Below are positions 39,501 through 54,200 of a stretch of DNA of 64,000 bases, piece after piece; the stretch's first letter is position 1, and each line of letters starts with the position of its first letter. The stretch covers positions 29,514,001-29,578,000 of the forward strand of contig CM119371.1 of assembly GCA_051294905.1 (NCBI GenBank), written 5' to 3'. The notes beneath the pieces were generated by a model. It was not told the DNA's origin, searched no databases, and saw only the letters and a program-made list of their open reading frames with translations. Source of the DNA: Botryllus schlosseri (taxonomy: Eukaryota). The translations under genes were made by a program, and so were the position numbers.

Positions 39501-42500
39501 AGGAATTCAGCAATAGACGAGCATGCAACCTGCCAATTTCAAAACTTATTAGCTCGGAAGGTTGCTTGGAAGATTCTGTTTTCCGTTGGTGAATCTTAAG
39601 TGACTCTCTGCGGTGAGCTTCGCCCGCAACACGCACTAGCGATATCCGAACATACTATACTAGGGTAACCATAGGTCCTCTTTTAAGAGGATTTGTCCTC
39701 TTTTTTGACTTTTTTGAAAGTGTCCTCAGGGGAGGCCCAATGTCCTCTTTTTGAGAATTTTGGTTAGATATATGGCAAAATTGACTTGGATACAGTAAAT
39801 CAGCACTGAAGTAATATTTCAGTAGCTAGACCGGAAATTCGACCTTTTTAGTAAACCACTTGATATTGTGAAAGAAAAAACTTTACTTTGGGCGCTGAGC
39901 GTGAAATTTGAAATTAATGAAATTTATATAAAAAGGCATCGATATCTAATGCAAAAATCGATCAGGCGTACGGGATATATCTTGATGTGATATCTTCGTT
40001 GTATCAAAAAAACTAAATCCATCCGATTAGGGTGTTGGCTACTGTATAACTTGTTTTTGAGATAATATCTGGCGTAGGACGATAGAAACCGGTATTACAC
40101 TCATAAGAATACATCTGTCAGATCTAGCTGCGTCCTCGTCGCAATTGTTGAAAAAGCGACGGAAGATATTGATTTTGTGGAAATATAATAACATTTGATC
40201 GTTCCGGTTGATACATTAGGTTGGACCTAAAAAGTCAGCATGTAATTCAGCACCCTGACATAATATGGCATGAGTCGTCGCTAGTTATAATTAGAGTTGG
40301 TCAGAGTAGTCACCTTCGCTACCCAAGTAGAAGTAGAAGTAACGCCGGAATTTCTACTCAAGTAGAAGAAGTAGTGCTGGTTCACAAGTAAGTAAGTAGG
40401 TATGCATTCTACACCTATTTTTGCCCGTAAAACTGAAAACGATCAAGTAGAAGTAGAAGTAGTCCAAAATCATAACTACTTAATAAGTAGTACGAGTAGG
40501 CAAAATCTACTTCAAGTACTTCAAAAAGTAGAAGTACTTCGTTACTGACCACCTCTGGTTATAATCCACATTAATATATTACGTCACGGATTTGTAGGGT
40601 TTCAATTAGCAATATGACTCCATGTGACGACATAGGTCGCCGTTCGTGTTCACACAGAATATTTCAAAAAGGTTCGCGTCCACAAGAACCAGAACCGTGG
40701 GTTCGCACCCAGCATGCAATTGAAGTGATCCGGGATATCATGACATGCATGCAAGAAGAAACTCAGCATCGATTGGCCATTTCAGATGATGGGAATCAAT
40801 GATCATAAACAAGTGAAACAAATTCCAATAAAGAATCTGACTGTACTGATTGGCTTCTGTACGATACTACTTCGATGGTCTCAATAACCTGCCCTTATAT
40901 AAATTAGAAGACATACACATTGATATCATCGAGGTAGTTTAGTTTAGAATAGAGGCGTCAATACTGCCCACCAGGCGATTTCATCCTCCCCCGGAGCAAT
41001 TAGGAGTAAATGGGAAAAGGCTTGTATTATCCAGCACATTTCTAACAAATGTTCAAATTTTTAGTTAAGAAATACTCCGAATAAATGTTTCCTCGAGACG
41101 GCAAATGTCGAGCATGTTCGATTGTTCATATGCCACTTTATAACCATCCGAGAGCGATGTTGTGGTTTCACTCTAGTCATTATTATGAACAACCGAGGTC
41201 GACCACAGAATTTATATCTAAGTGTTGGAGGGTTTTATATGCTCCTGCTCGTCACGTAATCTGCATAAGCGCTGTCTTATAAAAAGCCTATAAGTGGGCC
41301 GTGCTACAAGTCGGTAAATGCGGAATCAAAAATAAAGTATATCGGTCTGGTGTAAAATGACCAATGTAGTCGAAACATCATGAATATATATAATAAGAAA
41401 ACACTTGGTGACTTTGGCACCCAATTACGAGAAGGTGAAATAGTGCACATTGGGTTCAGAGTTCTATGGAAAACAGGACCAAAATTTGTCATGCACAGAT
41501 GCGAAAACGCCAAAGCGAACCGTTGTGTGCAAGTTACATAAAGAATATAATCGGTACAAAAAAGCTTAATTCAAATGACCGTGGCTGCGCTGCTGAATCA
41601 CTTCTGACTCAAAAGATCCCCGGCCTTCGGAGAAACCCAAATCGCAATTTAATATTTATCCAAATTTCAACGTCCATGTTGCCAGTTCAATCTCTTCTAT
41701 TCCACAAAACGCACGTATGGGTTAGGGTTCTGAGGTAACATTGGGAAATAACTTGAGTGGTCCCGCCCGCGAACGAACTGGAGGTTTAAATCCGGCACGC
41801 GACCCAAGTTGGTCTTATCTCAGCTTGATATTGGTATTGTGTCTGCATGGATCCCAAAATACTTTTCATCGCGAGCACGGTGGCGTTAGCGGTCTTGGAA
41901 TATTACGCTATAAATATGACGTGATCTCATTAATGTTGGAAGTGTGGAAGCGTCATTGGCAGCAGCCATTTTCTTCACTATATCACCCCTAATACGACCT
42001 GCCGCGTCCTATTAGGAACTTCACTGTATTTGTGGGTTCAAGGTCTCGCTCTTTGGCAATTGCCTCAACCGCAACTCATTGTTCAGTTTCGCCGTTTGAA
42101 TAAAAATCTATATCCAAAGAACGGGGAATTGCTCGTGTAATTCAGAGAGTTGATGTCGTACGGTATCTCTGCGTGTGGGCCTCCAAATTGATATGTGCAA
42201 GAGCAGCAAGGTCACGTTTATTATCTGGCGTCGCTACATTTAATTTCGTGTTTCTCAAACTTTTTCCCATCGCGTACCACTAAGTCGTTTTTTTTCGCCA
42301 CAAGGCGTACCATTAACTTGTTTGTCACTGCAGGTCGTACCACCTGAATTGCTTATTTTCCTTGAATGTACCGGTGTTTTTTTGGTTATTCCAAGAAATC
42401 ACAATTTAATTAGATAATTGCAACTATTTTTTATGCAGATAGCTCACCAATCTGAGGTAAAACATTACTCACAGCACTCTTCGCGTATACTACCTAATAA

Positions 42501-45500
42501 GCTCTGGCGTACTACACTTTGAGAACAACTGGCTAATTACTCATTAGTTAATTGTGAATTTGCTTAGCTCACATAAGCACCAGTCCTCTTGTGTACAAAA
42601 CATAGCGATTAATATTTTTGAACGGCTCTATTGGCCATCAGTATTGTGCTGATGACGAAATAGCGGGTATGACGAATAACCACGTCCCTGAATATTGCGC
42701 GGTATATCTCGCATATCCAGATTTAGTGCGTTATGTATGAAAATTTAAGCATGCTTAGTTTAAAAAAGGTGGCGCCAACGAGGCAAGAACTCCTAATTTT
42801 TTGAACGAATACCATTTCATTTTGCAAATTCAGTCCAAAGTATTATAGAATAGCATCTTTTAAAATACTTCGCAGCCGAAGCTACTTTTCAAACAGCCAG
42901 CTCCAGCTCCAGCTCCGTTGAAAATACACGGCTCCGGGGCTTCGGCTTCTTGCTCCGGCTCCAAACCCCTGCTCAAAACACAACAATGGCTGTCCGCGAT
43001 GAGAAGTTCCCTATAGCCAATTAAACATGGATATTATCCGTCCAGGTGCATGGTAGCCTACATTACGAAAGCGGCCGTGTGCCACAGTAATCGAAATGCG
43101 CCCGTGAAAAGCAAAGAGGTTGAACACCCCTGCATTAAACGATATATCTCTGGTGCAGTCAGCACCCGGATTGTCTACCCCTCGCATCCCATACTCTGGG
43201 TAACCCTAGACCACTAAGGTGGGGGTTGAATTGACCCCAGGTGAACAAATATGTGAGCCATATTTTCATGTGCGGTCGGATTGTTCTTGCCTAAATGGTG
43301 ATATATACTATCAATCGGAATAAAACATTAACTGATTATCGTAATACCTCGGCGCCATGAGCTATTGATTGAGCAAGGGTCAGATTTTGAAGGTATAGTG
43401 GGCAGACTAAGTATTTTTCTCCTCGTTGTGATAGGATCGATTTCGACTGTTTATGGCTCTTTCACATTGTTTCTGTCACTTGAAGTCAACGAGACATGAC
43501 GAGGTATGATGGGGTACGATCACTGAGCTATATAAATGATTCGATATGTTTGACCCCACCTCGCCATTCGCGTAATGGTGTTACGCCGTAGGGACTTTCA
43601 AACGGGTAGACAGTATGGTTACAAAAAAGGAAGATTCGTCGTTATAACGTCCTGCAGGAGGTTATTAGACAGCTGTATAGCGAAATTGGTAAGAAAAATA
43701 AGCTTATTACCTCTAAGGGTCAATTTGACCCCACCTCGCCATTCGTGTAATGGTACCCCACCTTAGTTGGCTAGGGTTCCACTGTTACAGACCATAAAAA
43801 TAGACATATCTGGAAATGAAACGTTCTGCCCAATCGCTGATTTTGAGCAATCTGCAATTTTCGATAGGTTCCTGGAAATATACTACAATTCCTCAAGTCG
43901 TTGGATCACTTGCACTGCCGATTTTGAAAACCAAGGTTTTTGCCAAATCCAGTAAGTATTTTGGAATCGTCCCAGTTACTAGAATGAGCGAAATATGTTC
44001 AGTCATAATTTCAAAGTAAACAATTGACACTCTGGGATTCTATAAAAAAGTGAACTGGAATTTTTCATAAATAAGCAGCCGGTGACAGCTAGTTAAAGTC
44101 ATTCAGTGCACTGTATCATATCGTAAACTCGTACCAATTTATATTCGATTGGTAGCACGGGATGTTTACATGTATTACAGCGATAGAAACCGGTTGAATT
44201 TGTATGTTTAATGTAACCGCGAAAACCTAAGTACACGAGCAATCGACTATCCCCGCGGATTTATAACGAAAGTTTGTGATCCCTCGTAATAACCGTATTC
44301 TGTTCTTTGACTTGAAAACTTTTAAGATCTTGCGTTCGAGCGAGATAGTGTAACGGTTGTGCGTCCGGCTTCTCGATCGGGTAGGTCGTGGGTTCGATCC
44401 CCGGCCGGGTCAGACCAAAGACTCGAAAACTGGTATCCGCGGATATCCTGCTAGGCGCTCGGCAATCACGGATAGCATGGAGGTGAAAAAAAACGAGGGT
44501 TGAAGACCAGATGACCTTACTATAAAAGGCCGTATCGCATCTCCGTCGTCAAAGCATCTCGATGGTGCAAGCGAAAAAGAATACCATCTCTCTCTCCCTC
44601 TCTCTCTTCTTATACTTGAAATATCGTTGAGATATATTTAAAATAGCTGCACCTACCTATAATTCTACTATTAGTATTCGAATGCCAACAATGACTATGT
44701 ACTTCGAACACCTTACAAAAATTGCTATATTCTTGCAACATCATTGAGGGGGATCAATTCAAACGTTGCAACGGTGACATTGTTACTCTACTTTGCTGCG
44801 TAACATCCAACATATTTATAGAACACTTTTACAGATACCAATGCACCAATGCATCGTATCAAGAGGTATTGGCGAACAAAGATTGTAAAATTCAGGTAAA
44901 AAGTGGATGTACTGTACAGTTGAACGCGGTAGTGTCGAAACCGAGAATCATTACGGAAAATTTAATTGCGAACACTCTAATTTGCAGTGACTATATATAC
45001 ATCTGTATTTGTTTGGTTTGAGCATATCAAATACGTACTACGACTCCTCGATTTTGTACAACGCGGACTTTTGATAAGAAATTCAGTGAAGGAGTGCATG
45101 CGTCTGAAGAATGATGGCAATAATTCTTTAATATTCACTGTAATACTAAGCTATATTCGTCACTATTGAATACATGTTAGCGTGCGTTTATTCGGGTTCA
45201 TTCCAATATGAATATACTATTCAATTGTATATTGAATTTCTGTACCTCAAAGAAGCATTTTTTGACCTGCATATTATTTTTAAAATATAGGATATCGAAT
45301 GCCCACGTTCACGCAAATGTAAGGTCAAGTGCACTTGCAACTATTTCTATTGTGGAGGTGATCAGGGTGGAAAATATATAAATGAGCAATCGGTAAGAAT
45401 ACTTGTTTATTTGGAATAAGCGATGATATGATGCATAACGGAACTGCTGACGCTAATATGCGGCATCTCTTATTGATGTATTGCGCCACACATTTGCAAT

Positions 45501-47849
45501 CATCACACATTGTTGAACTGAGATCAGATTTTCACTTTGATGAAGGGGGACTGGCATTATTTAAATTGTCGCAGAAAACACTATGTTTACAGTATACATA
45601 CAGCGAGAATTGTTTGTGCTCGAAAATGAAATATATGTTTTAACTTGTTACTAGGGCTAAATCTCCAGTCATGATTCGACTCAAGTCAGCTTCGAATCAC
45701 AACCATAGGTAGTTTCGGCTTAGTTCTGGCCATTCTATTTGATATTGACACGTTGAGCGACCTTGGGAGACCAAAAGATGTGTGATCACTAATATGGCAC
45801 CTAGGCTCTCTACGATCGGCGTTTTCCTTCAACAAGGTTACACTAAATACTTTTGGCAGTAAACACGCATCGGCTTAACCTGCAGCTTATAACTGAACGC
45901 AACCTGCTTGGCCACGATTTTGCAGTACGCAAATATACGCCTATGTAATCCGTAAACTGATGATGAACTACCGCCGATGCATGCAAATGTCGAGATCAAA
46001 AGACTAATCCTATCCTTCTTATAACGCAGTGCCAAATAAATGAGCCTCGTGATTCCTGTGATACTATATTTGTCGCAAAAGTTAGATCATAAAATCGACC
46101 GTCATATGATAAGTGACAGATGAATTTGACGTGAACTCTGACTTGACTCGAAATCACTTGAAAATGACTCATCGGCTTGACGCTATAGTCAAGAGCTGAA
46201 ATTACATAATGAGTTGGGACCGGCAAACCCATGAATTCGTCACATCCCTGCTTTTCGCGTCTTTCCATCTATCTATTCCACGCTCGTGTACTAATACTCT
46301 GGTTAGATAAAAGGTTAATAGTCGAATCAGTCAAGGAATTATTTTCGCTCAGCCCAACTAATGAGATGTAGAGAAAGACCACTGTATACTTCCCAAATTT
46401 AAACCAACAATCCATGTGCCATGGAAGTCAAGGTGGCAGTACATTCGAATAGCCGATCTCACTATTATATACAGAGCAAGCGCATCAGTCGAGGTGTAAG
46501 TTTTTAGTTTTTCTGACCAATTCATTGTTTTGATTTTGTAGGTATGCGACGGCCACAAGGATTGCGTATCCGGAATTGACGAATGCCAGCCAGGCTGCAT
46601 AGATAGTGCATTTTCCGACGAGAAGTCGTTGATTACAAACAAAGCTGTCCTGGCAGTTGTGTGGGTGATCAGTGAGTGCCCAGGAGTCAAATTCGTGGTC
46701 TGATCATTCACCAATGAACAGGCGCATCGTCGAATACTACAAATTAAGCCTGTCGCTACATAGAAAAGAATATATTGGCCTATTACAATAAGTCATGGAT
46801 TAGGGATGGGTTATTATTCGGACTGGATACCGTGATTAGAGCAGTTAGATCCTAGTCGAGAAATCCTCGAAACGATTTGGGCCGACTCGAAATTGGATTT
46901 GGTTCTGTTGAGTCCAGGGTTTCATCACTGACCATAGATACCGCGAAAATAATATACAGTGCCACAAAATACATCACAGATCAATGCCGATCATTACTAC
47001 GGGTCGTCATAACGATTCGATAACTAGAATCCAATTCGAGTATTATTCAAATAGTTAATTAGACTCTAATCGGAGTAGTTTGTGAAGGTGCCTGGATTTG
47101 AGTCATGACGCATGCACGGTGTACATTGCACTCATCAGATTTTACGCTATGATATCTTACCAAGGTTGAATTTTAGAAGACTTGAGGTGCTGAAAACTAA
47201 AAAAACAAAAGTCGAAAGGTTACATCGACTGTTAATTATATGTATGAAGATGGACCACCAAACATTGTGACATTTATACAATGCAGCGACAAAGCAATTT
47301 AACAGTTAATCTGTAATTTTCAGGTATCATTTCGATTATCGGATGCGCTTCAGTGGTTGCATCGACATTTCATGATGTCGTGAAATCTATCACACGAGCT
47401 GGTGACTCATCGCATTCAAACATCAGCAAATCACTCATCCTGAGCCTATCCATTTCCGATTTACTTGTCGGGGTATCAAGCCTAAAGCGGGTTCTCTGCA
47501 TTGACTGTGTGATATATTGGCGACTAATTACAGATATACACCATTTCCGTGTGCATCAAGGCGATTCAAGTGGAAGGCAGCTATTGCTTCGTTGATATTG
47601 AATGGAGAAGCAGCACCACTTGCTCCGTTTTGGGCGCCTTTTTGGTAATCGGATCAGAACAATCTGTTCTAACGATGGTTTTGATAACAATATATCGTTT
47701 GCATGCTGTTATGAGGTATGGATTGGTATAAAACGTATCTGAACTTTTATTGATTGAAAATTATAGACATATGAATGGAAAAAAAATTAAAAATCACTCA
47801 TACTATTCATCGTATTGCCTATAGATTATCCGTAGTTGCGAGCAGTTGC

Positions 47850-47890
<41 letters not shown>

Positions 47891-48240
47891 AAGTATAGTA
47901 ATAGTGGCATTAGTAGTATGTACCCATGTTGCAACGCCAATACATTACGGTTTAGAATCCCCATACAATCAAGGGTTGGGTTTTATCTATATAAAATGTA
48001 GGTAATAACCTACTCATCACCATTTGATCTGTTTTTAACTGGCCCTGCTATAGTCTATGGGTTTTCTGCTCGGGAAGCATCAATATCATTCCGATGTAAA
48101 ATGATCGTTGATTTACATCAGCGGCGGGCAACTTCTCCATCGGGCGGGCCGCATAGGGGAACATAAACATGAGGCGGGCCGGATTCCTGAATTTATTTTC
48201 TGAATTTAGCAGGGGAACTCCCCCCGTGGGAACGCGCCAC

Positions 48241-48273
<33 letters not shown>

Positions 48274-51200
48274 TCTTTTTCGCCTGCACCGTCGAGATGC
48301 TTTTGACGACGGAGTTGTGATACGGCCCCATGAGGTCATATAGTCTGCCCCCCGTTTTTTTCTCCTCCATGCTATCCGTGATTGCTCAGATCCGTCTATC
48401 CTACCCTGCACTACCGTTTGTACATACTATTCAGAGACGCACACATTCCTGCAGTTGCGAACTATATCTGGATTGGGCGCCCGATTCATGGGCGAGCCCG
48501 AATCGGTGATATGAATGTGATCAAAGATCAGAGTATAATTGGCTCCTTTGCATAAATGAATAAATTTTATCATTGATATTGATGAGTGCATGATCAAGTG
48601 GTTTCTTCGAAAATTTACAGCACGTATAATTATAATTTTGAACATTGATCATGGCATAAGAATATACATTCATGAGCTTATCGCAGATTATCCACTTCAG
48701 GCGGGTTCATTCTTATTAATTACTTTGTTGAAAACTCCTGCAACCCCACGGCCTCGGGCTATTCTAGTGCATCTATGATACTGTATTCTCATAATCAAGA
48801 CACGTACGTAGAGAAACTAAATCGCGCGAAGCGCCCGATTTTTTTATATTTTTAATCCATCTGCCGGAAAATATTTCACTATCTATAAATATTACGAATA
48901 TTCTCAAAAAATCTGAGAATGGCATGGCCCCATTCGCCCCTGGATACGCCAGAGCGGTGAACATCAGTTGTATTGGAACGTCGCTTTCCTAATGTTCATG
49001 CTCGAAATTGTTTGCGCCTAAATACCTGTAGACGGCGACGCGGGCCTCATCATTACGTAAGACCGAAAACTGTCGGCGGGCCGCACAAAATCCCGTCGCG
49101 GGCCGTATGTTGCCCGCCCCTGATTTACATTGTACAAACATCATGAATACCAAACGAACTTTAAGCTGCATATGCACTGTACTTACGATGAGTTTATGGT
49201 GCATTCCTCGCACTGCAGACCAAATAATTAAGACATCGACAAGATGAGATACTAGATAGCTGTATTATTAATAATTCTTCGGAGTGTTTTCAGCAGCTGT
49301 TTATTCAGATACAATCTTTTTCTTTCGATATTAAACAGGTCCAGTTTGTGAGCTACATACTTTCCGTAGGATATAGGTGTCATAAATAATGGAATAATTT
49401 ACAAAACACTGATATGTATGGTAGTCATCCAGCCTTTCCTCTTAATCAGAGAACGACGTAATACCGAAAAATTTTGAACTATACTTGGTACGTAGGAACA
49501 TTTATCTGCACTTTAGCCCGGAGTGCATATCGCGTGCAGAATAATTCGCTTCAAAATAACAGACCATATGGAAACTTGACATGATGCCACTTTGAAGACA
49601 AATTAATTCAATTATATTAGAGTAATTGAGAGAGAAACAAAAATTTGTGTTCTGCGTTCACTTCTTCCATTCATCCTATGCAATCGAATATTTGATGGTT
49701 TTTTCAGACCACTTTCAAGACCCACATTCAAGCGTGCGATTTTAGCAATTGTGATTTCCTGGTTGATTTCGATTGTGATTGGATTGATACCGTTGATTCC
49801 TTCCTTTGAGGATTACTTTCTGTCAGATGTCACGTGAGTGATGATATCCTTTCATGACATTGCGAAGACATCTGTATTGAATATTTAGTCGCCTCTAGCC
49901 TCGGATGAAACCACTATATAGAACAGCGGTTCTCAACCCGCGGCCCGCAGACGCTTATTTTGCGGCCCGCGACATCTTTCATTATGAAAGCAATTTCTAC
50001 TGGCACGGTATTCAATTCAATTCAATTTATTGCTAATGATTTCATCATTTCTATACACCACAAGACTGCGATACAATGAATGATAGGAAGGTTTCGAAAT
50101 GACTTGTAGTAGTCTTCGATATGAGACACCCACCTGGCCTAGGCGATGTAAAATAGAAGGCATGCACACTGAATGAAAAGTAAAGGAAGATAATATAAAA
50201 GGGCATGTGATAAAAAAGGTGACATGTGTAGGAAGGTGAGATCGATATGTCAGGTCGTGGTAAATAGAGGGCTATTGTTACATATTACTTTAGGTACTTA
50301 GCTCTCTTATCGCACCGTCTCCGTTTCGTTTAATTACTTACTCATAAATTTGTTCTGGTTTCGTTCTGTACGCTCGAGTTTAGATTGTTATTGTTTTGAA
50401 TCGATAATCGGGTGGACTCTGGTTCAAGAGACTCCCGCTGCGTAGTAGGCCCTTACACATTTAAAGAGTGTTTCACTCACCGCGAATGGTTTGATAAGAA
50501 ACAAGAACAAGAAGCGGGAGATTTAACGGCGTAAACTTGGTTTTGTAACTCTGCGTGGAACAATGAATTTGCTTTCACATATATAAATGGAAAACCGATG
50601 TGGCATATTTATCGAAGAACAGTTGCCACAACAAAGCGTAGAAGCTTATGATATCACTAGGCCTGGGCAAAATCGAGTACCTGAGTGATTCGATTCTGAA
50701 TCACGTATTATGCTTCGAGTCGAGTCGAGTATTCGAGTATCAGTCATTATGACGTCACAACAAAATGTAATATGTCAAAGTTCAAATACGTACCTTTTGT
50801 GCCACCACAAAGAATATAATGCCTGTTATCCATCGCATTCAAGATACCTTGGTATTTCTTCGACCCTACCGATTTCATTGTACTTTGTGACAATGTTGTG
50901 GGAGGATAATGACTTTGGAAATGTTTTTCCAGTAACTGACGTAGCTTCGTACGATATGTTTCCTATACTGCGATACGGCCAATCAAGGTTTCAAGGCTTC
51001 CACAGTGGAAAATAGTATCGAAACTATAATTCTCGTTGATAAAATAACTTTCAGTAGCGAGGAGCGTATAATTTCAGTACTCGACAAAATCGTCTTTTGC
51101 TACTCGACTCGAATCATTAAAATAATTACTCGATTCAGATTCGAGTACTCGAATCATTGTGCCCAGCCCTAGATATCACGCAGTTTCTTCTGGAGTTATA

Positions 51201-54200
51201 GATATCGCCAGATCTTAAAAAAACGTTGCTAGCTAGGTTCAAGCCTAGCCATCCAACATATGTCAACTCCATCCTGTTCTACTCCAAAAGGAACAACTAA
51301 GTCCATTAGAAACGTTTAAATTATGAAAAGCATTTGCTTATGACATCACAAAAGGAATGTTACCTACAGCTGATATGAACAATGAACATTGTACTATATT
51401 GCACATCCGTGAACATGTTCTGAAGCATAAACTTGCCTGTTTATTGTGATAGTTAGTCATTGGTATATTTTATTGCGAATCTGGTATACACCTCAGTAAA
51501 CCCCATCTGAGTAGTACGCCCTTTTACAATTTTGGTACGTCCAAGAGTGTACTATACATGCGGTTAAGGAGCCCTGGACAATAAGACTAATATTCAATTC
51601 GAAATAGTCAGATATACATGATTTTGCGCAGCTCTAGTTTTAATCAAAGACGGCTAGAAGTGAATCCGTCAATATCTAGGCAGCTCAGTTCAGTCATGGC
51701 CTACTAAAAACACGGCCTTACAGTCTGCCTATTGACCTGAAAATTAAGAGGCCTAAAGTCAACTTTCCAACCCTTACCAGCCGTGCACTCAATTGGTCAG
51801 AAAATGCGATATTGTCATAATGCTACCTGTCTTTGGTACTCTACTAACACGCCGGTGCACAATGTATGTAAAAAATAGTATATTGCAGCAATATATAACG
51901 AAAAAATTAGGAACGAAATTTGTATAATCAATGAAAAATGTGTGGAGAAACTCTTGAATTAGAGCCTTAGGAAACAAATATCACAGCCTTACAGGACAAT
52001 CACTTCTTTTGCCTTTGCCTCTCTTTAAATTGGCGAAATTCCCTTAGTGAGGAATTCGCAAATTTTTGCTGACTATTGTAAAAAATGTTCACAATTTTTT
52101 TGAACGCGACATTTGTACTATCCTATTTTCACTATGTGCATTACAACCAATTCGGGATTTACCTAACACAACTTTCAACACACATAATGCTGCACGGAGC
52201 AGAGGAACAGTGCCACGGTTAGATATGAGCTGATTAGCCGAATCTAGGACTGCGAAAGAATCAAATACAAAATGGGCCACCTTGAACGGCAGGTACAGTC
52301 AACCGTCCCCTAGGCCTATCCACCAAACTGAAATATTCATCATATTCCTCTTCGGTTTCATCAGTCGTGAGGGGTAAGCTACACTCGGTGCAGTCCGTAG
52401 AATGACAGCATTACCAAGACTATTAGGGAAGTACCTCTGCTTGCTGTTTCCAACACTCCACCACATATGTATGACTTTGAGGAAGCAATAGGTATCCGCC
52501 TTATCTGGAAGGTATTTGGAGCAAGCTGCTATGGTTTTTTCATCGAAGATAGCCAGTGCCAGGTTGACGTTCTGCTTGTTGTGGCCAGGATGTAGTGCTT
52601 TTTTGTTAGCTTTGGAGCCATTCGCAAATTACACTCCAATTGCAATGCAATATAACCAGCAGGGCTAATTATGGATATATCGACACCTTTGATATATAAT
52701 GATGGAAAGGAAAATCTCCTAGCATTCAGTAGATTGTTGCGAAGGTTCTGCACCAAATGAACGTTGTCATAAAATAGATAGATTTTTGTCTTGCAACTTG
52801 GATGACTGATGAACAACTCGGAGTTTGATCCTAACTGTGATGACAGTATATTGAAAGCACGAACGTTGGTGCTGTGGTTGTCAGAAGCAATACCTCTCGC
52901 ATTAAATCCTAGATCCGAGATCAGACAGCTTTTGCGTTAACGAGGCACCTTAAACTTGTGTTTCTGGTTAAATTTGTAGGACTAAAGGAAGCGATTTTTC
53001 AAGTCCATTGATCATTATCACTATAACGCCTTGGCAAATATTTCCGTCTTCATCAGCACCATAACATTTGCCACCATGATATTGCACAATTTTTGCAGAT
53101 ACATTTCATCCACCATCACAATGACATCCTCAGAAATTTCCATGGCCTTTGAAAAATCAACAGTCCCTTCAGTCTTGTTCGCAAACAGCTCAAAGATGGC
53201 ATAGGGAACATTTCCAAAAGTGTCTTGTACGCTTGGCAAGAAATAGAACGTAAAAGCAAGCAGTACCGGATCATAGTGCTAGATGATGCCAGAGTATTTC
53301 CAGCCTTGTGGTATCTTAGATTACGCAGCTCCTCTAAAATATCTACTTCGGGATCCGGATCAGTTAGACCAGTGGTTCTTAACCTTTTTTCCTCCAGCGC
53401 CCCCTTTCAAAAATTATCGTGCTCCAGCGCCCCCCAACTTCATAATGTAAGGAATGTAATAAAGACAATAAGTATGAGGGAGGGCCGTAACAGCACTTCG
53501 TCAACCCCCTAAAAACGATTGCCTTGCGCACCCATAGCGTGATAAACCGAACTTCTGAGGGCTTCGCCCCCACGAACCCCCTATCGTGATTTCGATGGTC
53601 AGCAAGGTTTGTGTGGCCTGGTCGCCCTAGGTATCAAAATTTTCTATAATGCATGAATGAATAGGTGGTAATTACATATAAAAGTCGCGATAAACTGAGT
53701 GAGCTGTTGTATAGGAAGATAAAGGGCACGTAATTAATAATTAAACATATTCGGGCGTGGCTGCAGGTACAATTATTCGTTACCAGGGCCGTACCAGCAG
53801 TTCGTCAGCCCCCCCCCCCCAAACAAAAAAACGTTGGTCCTGGGCCCCCATCGGGTGATAAACCAAGCTTCCGGGGGACTTCACTCCCAGACCCCCATTA
53901 GGCTGTCCTCTATTTGCTGAAAGCCTGTTGGGTATCTACATTGGGTGTCCATTTACTGATGCAGCTATTCTCGCCTAGTCGCGCGAGGCGCGAAAAATTT
54001 CACTAATTAATGATTGAATTGGTCAATATCATCGAGAATTGCATGTAAATTGAGATTAATTTTTATCCTCTCTCTGCTCACGTAAACACATTTACCGGTA
54101 GAGCTGAGTGAGGTGCAATGTTCCCTCTAAGCTGCGCACGTGCGCAGTGCTGACACGGTCTCTGCGCACAGAAAATCTACGTTGCGCACAACAAATCCGA

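Noticed and set aside
44338..44410. Possible tRNA gene
   Set aside because: A and B boxes are present, but it runs into a repeated non-tRNA body and (CT)n tail with no poly-T terminator, so it was called a SINE head.
45291..46495. Possible additional ectodomain exons (DIECPRSRK at about 45291; open stretch before gtaagt at 46496)
   Set aside because: No phase-consistent set was found by eye; needs RNA-seq.
47775..48005. Poly-Ser ORF
   Set aside because: Produced by an intronic (AGT)n microsatellite.
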